Notes: a model not told the origin generated them from the sequence alone. A stretch of 64,000 bases of DNA from a virus (IMGVR_UViG_3300044825_001015:32001-96000); one strand, 5' to 3'. Positions 29,816-40,393 are shown, counted from the first letter of the stretch. Program-made: numbers and translations.

Positions 29816-32800
29816 GTGACTGATTTAGTACATCTACATGTTCATAGCCATTACAGTCTAATGGATGGCCTTTCCTCACCAGCAGAATTACTCGCTGCAG
29901 CAAAGGATCTTGGACAGACGGCTCTCGCTGTGACAGATCATGGCACACTATCTTCCCACCGCGATATGCAGAAATCAGCACGCGAGGCGGGACTAAAGCC
30001 AATCCTAGGTGTAGAGGCTTATATCTCAGAGACAGACAGATTCGACAAGCGAGATATTAAGAGTCGTGACGATAATACTCAGGTATTCAATCATATTATC
30101 CTTCTGGCTAAGGACCAGGCTGGTCTTCAGAATCTTCAGAAGTTATCTGAGTTAGCGTGGAATGAAGGATTCTACCGCAAGCCGCGCATCGACTTTGAAG
30201 TCTTGAGTGATTATGGTGATGGCCTTATTGTCCTGTCGGGATGCCTTAATGGGCTTATTTCTAAGGCTATCCAGCGAGGCGATGAGGCCAAGGCCCGTGA
30301 TATGCTTAGATTCTTTAAGAATCGATTCAATGATGACTTCTACATGGAAGTTCAGCCACATAATCCTCCAGAGATTAATCATGCTCTTCTTAATCTGGCT
30401 GACGAGTTTAAGATCAAACCAGTAACTACTTCAGACTGCCATTTTGCGCGGGAAGATCAAAGAGCCGTAGAAGAAGCCCTACTTATCCTTTCTACTAAGC
30501 CTAATATGAATAAGGATGCATCTTACGCATCTGGCAAGCAGATCAAGGATGTATTCGAACGTCTTAACCACCTGTATCCAGAGCGCCCGATTTCCTTTGA
30601 GGGGTGGGACTTGTTCATCCAGAGTCGCCTAGATATCGACACATGGTATAAGAAGTCTGGGATTGATCGTACCGATATCTACGAAAGCACGCTGGAGATT
30701 GCAGATAAGATCGGGGAATACGAATATTACGAAAACCTATCCCTGCTCCCACAGCCTAAGAAAGATCCTAATGTTCAGTTAGCAGAGATGTGTGGGTATG
30801 AACTTAGAGCAAAGGGGCTGGAGGCTGAAGAATACATTAATAGACTTAATGAAGAATTAGAGGTAATTAAGGACAAGGACTTTGCCTCCTACTTCTTAGT
30901 TGTTGCAGATATGATTCAGTATGCTAAGAAGAACAATATTTTAGTGGGTCCAGGACGAGGATCAGCAGCAGGATCACTAGTATGCTACTTGCTTGGAATC
31001 ACAGAAGTAGATCCTATTGAGTATGATTTACTGTTCTTCCGATTTATTAACCCAGAACGAAACGATTTCCCAGATATTGATACAGACTTTATGGATCGCC
31101 GTCGTAACGAGGTTAAGGAATACCTACGCAAAAAATTTAAAAACGTTGCTAGTATTTCTACCTTCCAATATTTTAAGGACAAGGGTGTCGTTCGTGATGC
31201 TTCTCGCGTATTTGCAGTACCACTAGGAGATGTAAACAAGGCTCTAAAGGGTATTGAGACTTGGGAAGATTTTGAATCAAATCCAAATACTAGATGGTTC
31301 CGCGATAAGTATCCAGAAGTTACAGATTTGGCTAGCAAACTTCGTGGAAGAATTCGCGCAGTTGGAGTTCATGCTGCAGGAGTGGTTGTTGCAAAGGAGC
31401 CTATTTCTAAGTACGCTCCTATGGAAACTAGAAGTGACACTAACGACAAGGTAAGTGGTCGCGTTCCAGTAGTTGCATATGACATGGAGCAAGCAGCGGA
31501 TATTGGATTGATTAAACTAGACGCCCTTGGCCTTAAAACTCTTTCAGTAGTTAAAGACACTCTAGACATTATCAAGGATAGGACTGGTAAAGATATTGAC
31601 TTGCATTCAATATCTTTAGATGATGAATTAGTTTATCAAGACCTATCTAATGGTTTTACCAAGGGTGTGTTCCAGGCAGAGGCAACTCCGTATACTAATT
31701 TGCTAATTAAGATGGGTGTAGAAAGATTTGAGGATTTAGTAGCCTCTAATGCACTTGTTCGCCCTGGCGCTATGAATACTGTAGGCGCTGCATATATCGC
31801 TCGTAAGCAGGGTAGAGAGCAAATTAAATATGTTCATGAGATAATGCGTCCTTTCACAGAACGAACATATGGTGTTATCATATATCAGGAGCAAGTTATG
31901 CAGGCTTGTGTTTACCTAGGTGGTATGACATGGGCAGAAGCAGATAAGGTCCGAAAAATTATTGGTAAGAAAAAGGATGCAAAAGAGTTTGAACAGTTCA
32001 GAGAAAAATTTGTTTCTGGCGCTACAAAGCACATTAGCCAAGAGGCGGCAGAACATCTTTGGCACGATTTTGAGGCCCATGCTGGATATTCCTTTAACCG
32101 CTCTCACGCCGTTGCGTACTCCATGCTCTCTTATTGGACGGCTTGGCTCAAACATTATTACCCACTTGAATTCATTTTCGCAATACTCAAAAATGAGGGA
32201 GACAAGGATGCGAGAACAGAATACTTACTGGAGGCTAAAAGGCTAGGTCTTAAAGTGCTTCTCCCACATGTTAATGAATCTGACATAGATTTTAGTTTAC
32301 AGGGAGATAGCATTAGATTTGGCTTGGCAGATATTAAATTTATTTCAGAGTCTATTAGTAATAAGTTAATTGCAGCAAGGCCATTTAAGAATTACGAACA
32401 ACTATTAGAGTTCTCTAAGGCAAAGGGTAGCGGAGTAAATAGTCGTGCTATCTCAGCATTAAATGCAATCGGAGCAGCAGCATTTGACGATAACCCAAGA
32501 AGTGGTAATGAATCTGAAAATTACTATGAGTATTTAAACATACCAAAGTTTGACGTAAAGGGTCTTACTCCTTTTATCAAGAGTCAGGTGTCCCCGCTTG
32601 AAGATTTTACAGAAGATGGGTGCTATATCCTGATGGCTATGGTTAAGTCAATTAAGAAGGGAAATGGATGGTCCAGAGTAGAGTTAGTAGACGATACAGG
32701 AGCAATTGGTATTTTCCACACAGAAAATACTCAAATAGAAACAGGGAACATGTATTTCTTCCTAGTTGGAGACAATCGAATTCATCGATATGTTACCATA

Positions 32801-33091
32801 GAAGATGTAGTTGAAAGAAAGGCAGACCCATTCGTAGAGTTTTTATACATGGAAGATACACTCGCTGGTGATGGCGAGAAGTATATTGTTGATTTTACAA
32901 ACTACAAGACTAAGGCTGGGAAAATGATGGCCCACGTTATAGTTGCCAATGGTCAAAAAGAAATGCAGAGGCTTATTGTTTTCCCCAAATTATATCCAGT
33001 TGCGTTAGGTAAAATGAAGGCTGGAACAATTGTAGACCTTAATATTGGAAAAATGGAAGATGGAACACTAACAGTAAGGAGTGTAGGATGA
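29816..33091 (+). CDS. dnaE: DNA polymerase III alpha subunit
   Basis: PHP domain HLHVHSHYSLMDG, GRGSAAGSLV, FPDIDTD, HAAGVV, YSFNRSH; no intein visible. Confidence 0.97.
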   Translation: MTDLVHLHVHSHYSLMDGLSSPAELLAAAKDLGQTALAVTDHGTLSSHRDMQKSAREAGLKPILGVEAYISETDRFDKRDIKSRDDNTQVFNHIILLAKDQAGLQNLQKLSELAWNEGFYRKPRIDFEVLSDYGDGLIVLSGCLNGLISKAIQRGDEAKARDMLRFFKNRFNDDFYMEVQPHNPPEINHALLNLADEFKIKPVTTSDCHFAREDQRAVEEALLILSTKPNMNKDASYASGKQIKDVFERLNHLYPERPISFEGWDLFIQSRLDIDTWYKKSGIDRTDIYESTLEIADKIGEYEYYENLSLLPQPKKDPNVQLAEMCGYELRAKGLEAEEYINRLNEELEVIKDKDFASYFLVVADMIQYAKKNNILVGPGRGSAAGSLVCYLLGITEVDPIEYDLLFFRFINPERNDFPDIDTDFMDRRRNEVKEYLRKKFKNVASISTFQYFKDKGVVRDASRVFAVPLGDVNKALKGIETWEDFESNPNTRWFRDKYPEVTDLASKLRGRIRAVGVHAAGVVVAKEPISKYAPMETRSDTNDKVSGRVPVVAYDMEQAADIGLIKLDALGLKTLSVVKDTLDIIKDRTGKDIDLHSISLDDELVYQDLSNGFTKGVFQAEATPYTNLLIKMGVERFEDLVASNALVRPGAMNTVGAAYIARKQGREQIKYVHEIMRPFTERTYGVIIYQEQVMQACVYLGGMTWAEADKVRKIIGKKKDAKEFEQFREKFVSGATKHISQEAAEHLWHDFEAHAGYSFNRSHAVAYSMLSYWTAWLKHYYPLEFIFAILKNEGDKDARTEYLLEAKRLGLKVLLPHVNESDIDFSLQGDSIRFGLADIKFISESISNKLIAARPFKNYEQLLEFSKAKGSGVNSRAISALNAIGAAAFDDNPRSGNESENYYEYLNIPKFDVKGLTPFIKSQVSPLEDFTEDGCYILMAMVKSIKKGNGWSRVELVDDTGAIGIFHTENTQIETGNMYFFLVGDNRIHRYVTIEDVVERKADPFVEFLYMEDTLAGDGEKYIVDFTNYKTKAGKMMAHVIVANGQKEMQRLIVFPKLYPVALGKMKAGTIVDLNIGKMEDGTLTVRSVG

Positions 33092-33300
33092 CACCAGATC
33101 AAATTGTAGAAATGAACTTAGGAAAAATTCTTACTGCTATTATGAAGCAGTACGATAGATTAATAATTGATCCTAAGTTTATGATTGAAGAAGATGAAGT
33201 ACTTTATAAATTAGTTATAGACTTTAATGATGAGACACAAATGTTTGAGTTGAGTATTACAGAAGATATTTTAGAGGACGATGAAGATGCATCTGGATGA
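33088..33300 (+). CDS. Hypothetical acidic protein
   Basis: Translationally coupled ORF. Confidence 0.55.
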   Translation: MTPDQIVEMNLGKILTAIMKQYDRLIIDPKFMIEEDEVLYKLVIDFNDETQMFELSITEDILEDDEDASG

Positions 33301-33628
33301 CTTAGCAAATAGCCTTAATGAAACAGCAGTAGAAAAAGGATTTTGGACCCCATTAAGTCGTATGGAGTCAGAGGACGATTTTATCTTTTATGCAAAGCAA
33401 CTTGCTATGATTCATTCTGAAGTTACTGAAGCATTAGAGGCATTGCGAAAAGATCAAGGTGATCAGAAATTTGTTGAAGAACTTGCAGACATTATTATTC
33501 GCGTTTTAGATCTATGGGCAGGAATGAATAAAATGAGAGTCAAGGAACTACCATCAATTCATAATACCCTTAGAGACAAGGCTTTATTAAATAAAGGAAG
33601 AGAAAAACTGCACGGCGTCCGTGGATGA
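33281..33628 (+). CDS. MazG-like nucleotide pyrophosphohydrolase
   Basis: 'IHSEVTEALEALRK' and 'EELADIIIR.LD' motifs. Confidence 0.85.
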   Translation: MKMHLDDLANSLNETAVEKGFWTPLSRMESEDDFIFYAKQLAMIHSEVTEALEALRKDQGDQKFVEELADIIIRVLDLWAGMNKMRVKELPSIHNTLRDKALLNKGREKLHGVRG

Positions 33629-33643
33629 TATAATAGATATATA

Positions 33644-33925
33644 ATGGAAGGCTATGTCCTGACAGGTGTAGAAGAAGAATACCTTCTTGTAATAAAGTCG
33701 GAAGACTATGAAACTATACTCTATCTTATTGACAGAATAGCCGCTAGCAGACGAAAAGAATTTAAAGAGTTTGCCCTAGAATTAGAAAAGAGTTTAAATG
33801 ATGATGGTCGCAGAAGAAATTCTAGCGAAATTAGATCCAAAGACAAGACAAAGAATTCAAATAGCAACAGAGGTAGACGTACAAAAACAGCCTACCCCAA
33901 GCATCGGTCTAAACCAGGCTCTTAA
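33644..33925 (+). CDS. Hypothetical protein (3' part overlaps recA)
   Basis: TGATATAAT at 33626 upstream. Confidence 0.5.
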   Translation: MEGYVLTGVEEEYLLVIKSEDYETILYLIDRIAASRRKEFKEFALELEKSLNDDGRRRNSSEIRSKDKTKNSNSNRGRRTKTAYPKHRSKPGS

Positions 33926-34796
33926 GGGTGGCCTTGGGTATGGTCGCCAAGTTCTAGTTTGGGGAAATAAAAGTGCTGGCAAGTCCTCCTTTTGCCTACA
34001 AATGATAGGTATGGCTCAAAAAGAGGGAAAAACATGCGCCTGGATTGATTCAGAATCTTCTTATTCAGCAGAGTGGGCCTCCAGTCTTGGAGTAGATTCA
34101 TCTAACGTTATTTATTCACCAGCAAAGACTATTAATGATATGGTGGATGTTGGAACAGGGTTGATGGAGGCTGGAGTAGACATTATTGTTGTAGACTCTA
34201 TCTCAGCCCTACTCCCAGCCATCTACTTTGATAAAGACGGTGACGAACTAAAACAACTGCAAGATACAAAGCAAATTGGTGCAGAGGCTAAGGATATGAC
34301 ACATGCTGTTAAGATGTTGAACTATGCTAACAAAAATACTTTGCTAGTGCTTATTAGTCAGCAGAGGAATCAATTTGGAAGTATGCACGCATCTCATATC
34401 CCAACAGGAGGCATGGCTGTTAAGTTCTTTTCTAGTACAGTAATTAAACTATGGTCTTCAGAAGCAGAAGCAAATCAGATTAAGGATGATGTTCAAGTTG
34501 GGGACAAGTTAATTCAGCAAAAGGTTGGTCGCCCAGTAAATTGGATTATTGATTATAATAAACTTGGACCGCCAAATCTTTCTGGTCAATATGACTTTTA
34601 CTATCAAGGATCTCATGTTGGTGTAGATAGAGTGGCAGAAGTTTTAGACGTAGCAGAAATGATGGGCAAGGTGGAGCGAGGAGGAGCCTGGTATACAGTA
34701 CTTGGGGAGAGGCTTCAAGGTAGAGCAAAGGCTGTCCAGTATCTTAGAGAAAATCCTGAAGTGGTAGATACCTTGGAGTCAATGATTTATGGCTGA
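33798..34796 (+). CDS. recA: RecA-like recombinase
   Basis: GNKSAGKS P-loop, IVVDSI, 'TGG.A.KF' and 'GAWY...QG' motifs. Confidence 0.92.
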   Translation: MMMVAEEILAKLDPKTRQRIQIATEVDVQKQPTPSIGLNQALKGGLGYGRQVLVWGNKSAGKSSFCLQMIGMAQKEGKTCAWIDSESSYSAEWASSLGVDSSNVIYSPAKTINDMVDVGTGLMEAGVDIIVVDSISALLPAIYFDKDGDELKQLQDTKQIGAEAKDMTHAVKMLNYANKNTLLVLISQQRNQFGSMHASHIPTGGMAVKFFSSTVIKLWSSEAEANQIKDDVQVGDKLIQQKVGRPVNWIIDYNKLGPPNLSGQYDFYYQGSHVGVDRVAEVLDVAEMMGKVERGGAWYTVLGERLQGRAKAVQYLRENPEVVDTLESMIYG

Positions 34797-34968
34797 GTCC
34801 CTAGAAGATTTCCTTGGCATTAATAAAAAATCTAAGTCTATACATGCAAGCGGTTCTTTATCATGTCAGGAATGTGATGAAATCGTATCAGAAGGATACA
34901 TAGATGAAGAAACTATGATACTTACTTATCAATGTTCACGCGGTCATGATTCTAGGGTCAAGTTGTAA
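34789..34968 (+). CDS. Small Zn-ribbon protein (59 aa, not in ORF track)
   Basis: MAESLEDFL...CQECD...CSRGH; coupled to both neighbouring genes. Confidence 0.65.
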   Translation: MAESLEDFLGINKKSKSIHASGSLSCQECDEIVSEGYIDEETMILTYQCSRGHDSRVKL

Positions 34969-35279
34969 TGTCTGAAGCAAATGAAGTAAAAAGAGATAAC
35001 GCAAGGGCTCAAAAAAATTCTGGTCGTGGTCAGTATCAGAAGGGTGATGCAAAGTGGTATAACTTTGTAGTAGATTACAAAGAAACTGCAAAGTCTGTCT
35101 CTGTAAATAAAGATATGTGGGCAAAAATATGTACTGATACATTTCGTGTAGATAGAAATATGCATCCACTTCTTAAATTAATAATTGGTGAGGGGTCTTC
35201 AAAGGTACGCCTTGCAATAGTAGAGTGGGAAGTTTTAGAAGAATTGGTAGAGGCTTATGAACGTGATAGAAACAGTTAG
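34968..35279 (+). CDS. Holliday junction resolvase (PD-(D/E)xK)
   Basis: 'NSGRG..KGD....VDYKE'. Confidence 0.7.
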   Translation: MSEANEVKRDNARAQKNSGRGQYQKGDAKWYNFVVDYKETAKSVSVNKDMWAKICTDTFRVDRNMHPLLKLIIGEGSSKVRLAIVEWEVLEELVEAYERDRNS

Positions 35280-35574
35280 TGAGATTACAGAGTTTAATGA
35301 ACTCTCAGAGTATATGCAGGACCCAGACTTAGATCAGGCCATGGAGTTAATCATCAAGTTGATTGCCAAGCCAGATGTTCCAGCAGCAAAGGCTCCAGAG
35401 ATTATTACCCGCCTTCAGGCTATCGCTGCCAAGTTAGCAATCATGTCTAGGTACTACACGACCTTTGAGAAGGGGCCAGAAGCCTCTAAGAAAAAGAACG
35501 TATACTACACAACAGCAGAAGCAATTAATAAGTTAGTAGATGCGCTCAAATACAATGCGAGGTTTGGCCTGTGA
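35257..35574 (+). CDS. Hypothetical protein
   Basis: Translationally coupled ORF. Confidence 0.6.
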   Translation: MNVIETVSEITEFNELSEYMQDPDLDQAMELIIKLIAKPDVPAAKAPEIITRLQAIAAKLAIMSRYYTTFEKGPEASKKKNVYYTTAEAINKLVDALKYNARFGL

Positions 35575-36356
35575 GTAAGAACGTAGTTAAAAGTTTAAAG
35601 TTTAAAAAGGTAGATGGATTCGACTATGCTGAATTCTCTAAACTTATTGATGATGCATATAACAAGCGTCGTCGCGGTAAGCGTGACATGCAGAAAAAAA
35701 CTTTTAGTCCTAGTACAGTAGGATATGGTCATGGTAATTGTCCTCGCTACTGGTTTATCGCTTTTAACGGAGAGGAATTTGACGAGAAATTTGATGCTAC
35801 TGCCATAGCAAATATGTTAAATGGCACATATGCACATGAACGCTTACAAAAAATTATAGAAGAAACTGGAGTTCTTAAGGAAACTGAGCGTGAGATTGTA
35901 TCAGAAGATCCACCGATTAGAGGCTTTGCTGATGTTGTGCTGGACTGGAATGATACAGAAATCATTGGCGAAATAAAGACTACTAAGGAAGAGCAATTTA
36001 TCCATAGACAGTCATCTATGAAGCCCTCGTCAAACCATCTTCTACAGATACTAACTTATATGAAGGTGGAGGGTGCGTCAGAAGGATTCTTGTTGTATGA
36101 GAATAAGAATACTCAAGAGATCTGTATCATCCCTGTTAGCATGAATAAGAGAAATGAAAAAATAATAGACGAAGTATTTGAATGGATGCGTGAAGTCTAT
36201 TCTATGTATATCGCTAATATTGTTCCATCAAGAGGGTTCGCCAAAACATCCTATGCTTGTGCTAATTGTCCAGTAAAAAAGCATTGCTGGGCAGCAAAAA
36301 ATAACAAGTATGGTGATGGCGTAGACGCAATAAAGGTGTTGGTTCCTCCAAAATGA
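35571..36356 (+). CDS. Cas4-like PD-(D/E)xK exonuclease
   Basis: CPR, G..D..., EIKT, Q..Y and C-terminal CANC....C Fe-S motif. Confidence 0.85.
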   Translation: MSKNVVKSLKFKKVDGFDYAEFSKLIDDAYNKRRRGKRDMQKKTFSPSTVGYGHGNCPRYWFIAFNGEEFDEKFDATAIANMLNGTYAHERLQKIIEETGVLKETEREIVSEDPPIRGFADVVLDWNDTEIIGEIKTTKEEQFIHRQSSMKPSSNHLLQILTYMKVEGASEGFLLYENKNTQEICIIPVSMNKRNEKIIDEVFEWMREVYSMYIANIVPSRGFAKTSYACANCPVKKHCWAAKNNKYGDGVDAIKVLVPPK

Positions 36357-36637
36357 TTTGTGCAAATGACGGATGCGTTAACGAATTTATAAAAACTACA
36401 CACAATCAAAAATACTGCTCTGATGAATGTTGCAGAATTGCTACAAATAAAAAAATCAGGGAAAAGTATTATGAAGAAAAAAATAGACTTGCTGGTAAAA
36501 AAAGACAATGCTCAAATCGTGGCTGTAAAAACCAATTAAGCAGATACAATGAAAACAAGATATGCAACGAGTGTGTTGCTAAAGAAGAAGCAAAAAATAA
36601 AAATGAACTATTAAGGATATTCAATGTCGATTGCTAA
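36353..36637 (+). CDS. Cys-rich zinc-finger protein
   Basis: Multiple CxxxxC/CxxC motifs, 'QKYCS..C'. Confidence 0.6.
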   Translation: MICANDGCVNEFIKTTHNQKYCSDECCRIATNKKIREKYYEEKNRLAGKKRQCSNRGCKNQLSRYNENKICNECVAKEEAKNKNELLRIFNVDC

Positions 36638-37184
36638 ATTGGCTAAGTCTAACGATACGCGGGTACTTGGGATAGATGCAAGCACAAGATCAGTAGCGTT
36701 CTGCCTTTTCGATAATAAAGTTCCTATAAAGTGGGGAGAGGTATTTTTTGAAGGCGGTGATGTTTATGAGCGTATACTTGATGCAAAGAAAAAGGTTAGA
36801 TCAATATCTAAAGCATTCCCGTCTGACTTTGTGGCAATTGAAGCAGCAGTAATGGTTCGTAGTGCTAATACTGGTTTAAAGATGGCATATATTTTTGGTG
36901 CTATAATGGGTGAGTTAGTAGACGATGGCAGAAAGGTTGTTGAAGTACACCCAATAACTTGGCAGTCATTTATAGGAAATAAAAATTTTACTAAGGATCA
37001 AAAGGCTGCTGTAAAAAAGTCTTTCCCAGGTAAAACTGAAAACTGGTATAAAAATAAAATTAGAGAAATTAGAAAGCAAAAAACTATAGACTTCTGTAAA
37101 GAACTTGGCGTGTTTGTAGAAAGCGATAATGTGGCAGACGCCTGCGGAATCGGCTGGTACGCTGCTAATAACATGGTGAGATAA
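36624..37184 (+). CDS. ruvC: RuvC-like resolvase
   Basis: VLGIDAS, AIE and DNVADA..I motifs. Confidence 0.8.
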   Translation: MSIAKLAKSNDTRVLGIDASTRSVAFCLFDNKVPIKWGEVFFEGGDVYERILDAKKKVRSISKAFPSDFVAIEAAVMVRSANTGLKMAYIFGAIMGELVDDGRKVVEVHPITWQSFIGNKNFTKDQKAAVKKSFPGKTENWYKNKIREIRKQKTIDFCKELGVFVESDNVADACGIGWYAANNMVR

Positions 37185-37346
37185 ATGAAATTATATGAAG
37201 ATATAAATTGGTTAAAAAAAAGATATGTGGTAGAGAAAAAGACAACTCTGCAAATGGCTAAAGAGGCAGGATGCTCTCATATGACTATTCAAAGGGCACT
37301 AGAAAAATATGGACTTATTAAAAATCAAAGAAAGTGGACTAAGTGA
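37185..37346 (+). CDS. Small HTH DNA-binding protein (53 aa, not in ORF track)
   Basis: 'WLKKRY...QMAKEAGCSHMTIQRAL.KYG'. Confidence 0.7.
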   Translation: MKLYEDINWLKKRYVVEKKTTLQMAKEAGCSHMTIQRALEKYGLIKNQRKWTK

Positions 37347-38122
37347 TTCCTAAAAAAATTTGGCAGACTTATAGAACAGAATATTCTGAACTGCCTGATT
37401 ACGCAAAAGAGGCAGCCGAGACTTGGATAAATAAAAATCCAGAATGGGAATATAACTATTTATCAGACTCAGATGTTCTAGATTTTGTTAAAGATAACTT
37501 TGGAAATAAATGGTTAAGTATTTTTAATTCATGTCCAGTTGGAGTTATGAAAGCAGATATATGGAGAATAATGACTCTATATGTGAACGGTGGAATATAC
37601 ACGGACCTTGATACAATATGCCATGTTCCCATCGATACTTGGATTAAAAATATTCCTAATAAAAGAGTTATTTTAAATGCGGAGCATGAAATTCATATTC
37701 AACAATGGACATTCCTGTCAGAAGATAGCCATCCTCTTTTTTCTTATATGTTAGAAAATATAGAAGAGGCTTTTCATGATCCAGATTATTCAAACCCACA
37801 TTTTGTCCATGCAATGACTGGTCCAGGAATATTTACTAGATCTGTTCTAGAGTTCCTTGATATGTGGGAACCTTCAGATCATGTAAATGGAGATATTTAT
37901 ATGGGAGATGAATATGCAAAGTTTAATATACATAAGGTAAATTTTATTGAAGATGTTGATAAAATTAATAATTTACCATCATCTATAGAAAATGAAATTT
38001 TTATTGTTCCATCTCATAGATTTTTTCACAATGAAGTATCTTCACATTTATATGGAAGTCAGTCATGGAGTGACGGTCAGTACGCACAATGGATACTTGA
38101 AAGAGAGAAATATGCAAACTAA
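37343..38122 (+). CDS. Glycosyltransferase, DXD sugar-binding (GT32/OCH1-like)
   Basis: MIPKKIWQT, 'KAD.WR...LY..GG.Y.DLD' and TGP motifs. Confidence 0.88.
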   Translation: MIPKKIWQTYRTEYSELPDYAKEAAETWINKNPEWEYNYLSDSDVLDFVKDNFGNKWLSIFNSCPVGVMKADIWRIMTLYVNGGIYTDLDTICHVPIDTWIKNIPNKRVILNAEHEIHIQQWTFLSEDSHPLFSYMLENIEEAFHDPDYSNPHFVHAMTGPGIFTRSVLEFLDMWEPSDHVNGDIYMGDEYAKFNIHKVNFIEDVDKINNLPSSIENEIFIVPSHRFFHNEVSSHLYGSQSWSDGQYAQWILEREKYAN

Positions 38123-38861
38123 AACTATTTATGATAATAGACTTGGTAATTTAATTTTCCCAGATTATGATCACACAATATCTGGATTAATTACACAGTA
38201 TGGAACATGGGAGCCAACTGAGCAAGCATGGATAGAAAATAATGTTTTTAACAATAGCATAGTTTATAATTTAGGTGCTAATATTGGGTATCATTCTTTC
38301 GTAGCATCAAAAGTACAAGGTGGTACTGGTAGGGTTATAGCAGTAGAGCCATCAAAAGATCTATGCGATTTGATAAAACTAAATTGTAAAAATTTAAATA
38401 TAAATAATATCGAAACATTTAATTGTGCAGTAACGGATAAAGATGGTCAGGATTTAATATATTACTCAGAAAATAATTGTGGAGATAACAGAGTATCCAA
38501 TAAAAATGCTGGGAATAAGAGTGAGATAATTAACTGTCTTACTATTAATAAACTTATCGAAAAGGTCGGTGATTATCCAGATATTATTATTATGGATATA
38601 CAGGGCTGGGAAACTAATGTTATAAATCAATTAGGAGAGCCAGAGAGAAGTATTAAGATTCTATTCGAATTTACCCCAAGTTTTATAATTCAAATGGGTT
38701 GGGACATAGAAGATGAAATTTATAAAATAGAAAACTCTGGCTGGGAAATTAAAGATATTCTAGGAAATCCTATAACACTATCTGATGTGTATAGAAATTA
38801 TTTAATAGATAGAACTCCTGAAAACTTTTTTGTTAACTTATCTGCTGAATGGAATAAATAA
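38112..38861 (+). CDS. FkbM-family SAM methyltransferase
   Basis: LGANIGY, AVEP and MDIQGWE motifs; likely start ATG 38112. Confidence 0.85.
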   Translation: MQTKTIYDNRLGNLIFPDYDHTISGLITQYGTWEPTEQAWIENNVFNNSIVYNLGANIGYHSFVASKVQGGTGRVIAVEPSKDLCDLIKLNCKNLNINNIETFNCAVTDKDGQDLIYYSENNCGDNRVSNKNAGNKSEIINCLTINKLIEKVGDYPDIIIMDIQGWETNVINQLGEPERSIKILFEFTPSFIIQMGWDIEDEIYKIENSGWEIKDILGNPITLSDVYRNYLIDRTPENFFVNLSAEWNK

Positions 38862-39902
38862 ATGAAATTATATAAAAACTCAACTCTATGCTTCGATGAT
38901 ATTTTACTAGTACCACAATATTCTGATGTAGCAAGTAGGAAAGAAGTAGATATTTCTGCACATATAGGAGGCGGCGGAAAGGGAATCTCAATGAGCATAC
39001 CAGTCATAGCCGCACCAATGGATACTGTATGTGACGGTAAAATGGCCTACGCAATCAGAAAACTAGGCGGCTTTGGCATTATGCATAGGTACATGTCAAT
39101 AGATGAGATGAGAGAAGAACTCACCTTTATTAGATCTACTGACCCAGTTTCTTTAGGTGTTGCAGTAGGCGCTAAAGGAGATTACCTAGAGAGGGCTTTT
39201 GCTGCTGTCTCAAATGGTGCCCACCTTATTCTTGTCGATACTGCTAATGGTCATAGCGAGTATGCAATAAATGCTGTTAAGGAAGTTCGTCGTAATATTG
39301 GAAATAAAGTTCATATAATGGCTGGTAATGTTTCAACATATGATGGATTTATGAGACTTAATGATGCTGGCGCAGATTCAATTAGAGTAGGAATTGGTGG
39401 AGGATCTGTATGCACAACTAGAATAGTTAGTGGTCATGGAATGCCAACACTAGCATCTATCTTAGACATAAGATCAAGGTTAACTTATGGCGATGGCGCT
39501 TCTATAGTTGCAGATGGCGGTATCAGAAATAGCGGAGATGCAGTAAAGGCTCTGGCAGCAGGAGCAGATGTAGTCATGCTTGGAAGTTACCTTGCTGGAA
39601 CAGATGAATCTCCTGGAGAGGTATATAGATCTGAAGGTAAGAAGTTTAAAATCTTTAGAGGCATGGCTAGTGCTGAAGCACAAATTAGTGCAAAAGGAAC
39701 TGTATCTGTAGCAGAAGGAGTAGAAACTACAGTACCTTACAAGGGTTCCTTAGAAAAAATACTTGAAGAATTTAAAGGTGGCATAGGTAGCGGATTATCA
39801 TATACTGGTGCCCACAATCTCAAGGAATTGCATGAAGATTCTATGTTTATTAAAGTAAGTCAGGCAAGCCTTAGTGAAAGTAGGCCACATGCAGCACATT
39901 GA
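38862..39902 (+). CDS. IMP dehydrogenase / GMP reductase (no CBS domains)
   Basis: FDDILLVP, APMDTV, GIGGGSVCTTR, ADGGI and FRGMAS motifs. Confidence 0.9.
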   Translation: MKLYKNSTLCFDDILLVPQYSDVASRKEVDISAHIGGGGKGISMSIPVIAAPMDTVCDGKMAYAIRKLGGFGIMHRYMSIDEMREELTFIRSTDPVSLGVAVGAKGDYLERAFAAVSNGAHLILVDTANGHSEYAINAVKEVRRNIGNKVHIMAGNVSTYDGFMRLNDAGADSIRVGIGGGSVCTTRIVSGHGMPTLASILDIRSRLTYGDGASIVADGGIRNSGDAVKALAAGADVVMLGSYLAGTDESPGEVYRSEGKKFKIFRGMASAEAQISAKGTVSVAEGVETTVPYKGSLEKILEEFKGGIGSGLSYTGAHNLKELHEDSMFIKVSQASLSESRPHAAH

Positions 39903-40218
39903 TCCATCAGATACGCTAAGGACTACAAATCCCGACGCCAAGTTTCACCCAATAAATAAAACAGAAATGGCTATACTGGATGTTTGTAATGAAGTTGCAG
40001 ATTTGTTAATTAGAAAAAATAGAGCCTACGGTAATTCAGCATTAGATCCAGTTAGAATATTTTCAAATGCAGATGAAAAAGAGCAATTAAGGGTAAGAAT
40101 TGATGATAAACTTAGCAGATTTGCTCGCGGCGGTGATTATCCTGGAGATAATGACATTGACGACTTAATAGGTTATCTGGTATTATTAAAGGTAGCGAAT
40201 AGCGGTAATTGGAGATAG
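39874..40218 (+). CDS. Nucleotide-modification-associated domain protein (DUF1599-like)
   Basis: 'L..KN..YG','R.DDKL.R' and 'DLIGY' motifs. Confidence 0.65.
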   Translation: MKVGHMQHIDPSDTLRTTNPDAKFHPINKTEMAILDVCNEVADLLIRKNRAYGNSALDPVRIFSNADEKEQLRVRIDDKLSRFARGGDYPGDNDIDDLIGYLVLLKVANSGNWR

Positions 40219-40219
40219 G

Positions 40220-40393
40220 ATGCCTTTATACACTTACTACTGTAATGTTTGCGACATTGATGTAGAAATAATTTCTAAAATAGAAAGTAGAGATGAGCAG
40301 CGTTGTCAAGATTGTGGATATAAACTTATTAGGAATCTAGATAGACCAGGAATGGTTTGGAGTCCTACTCGCAATGGTGGATACTCTCTCTAG
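40220..40393 (+). CDS. FmdB-like zinc ribbon protein (57 aa, not in ORF track)
   Basis: MPLYTYYCNVC...CQDCG. Confidence 0.75.
   Translation: MPLYTYYCNVCDIDVEIISKIESRDEQRCQDCGYKLIRNLDRPGMVWSPTRNGGYSL

Noticed and set aside
33798-33925. 128-nt overlap of ORF 33644 with recA as dual coding
   Set aside because: The overlapping tail is low-complexity and basic, most simply read-on to the next stop.
35571-36356. Cas4-like gene as evidence of CRISPR-Cas
   Set aside because: Solo Cas4-like nucleases are common in phage recombination modules; no repeat-spacer array or other cas genes are present.
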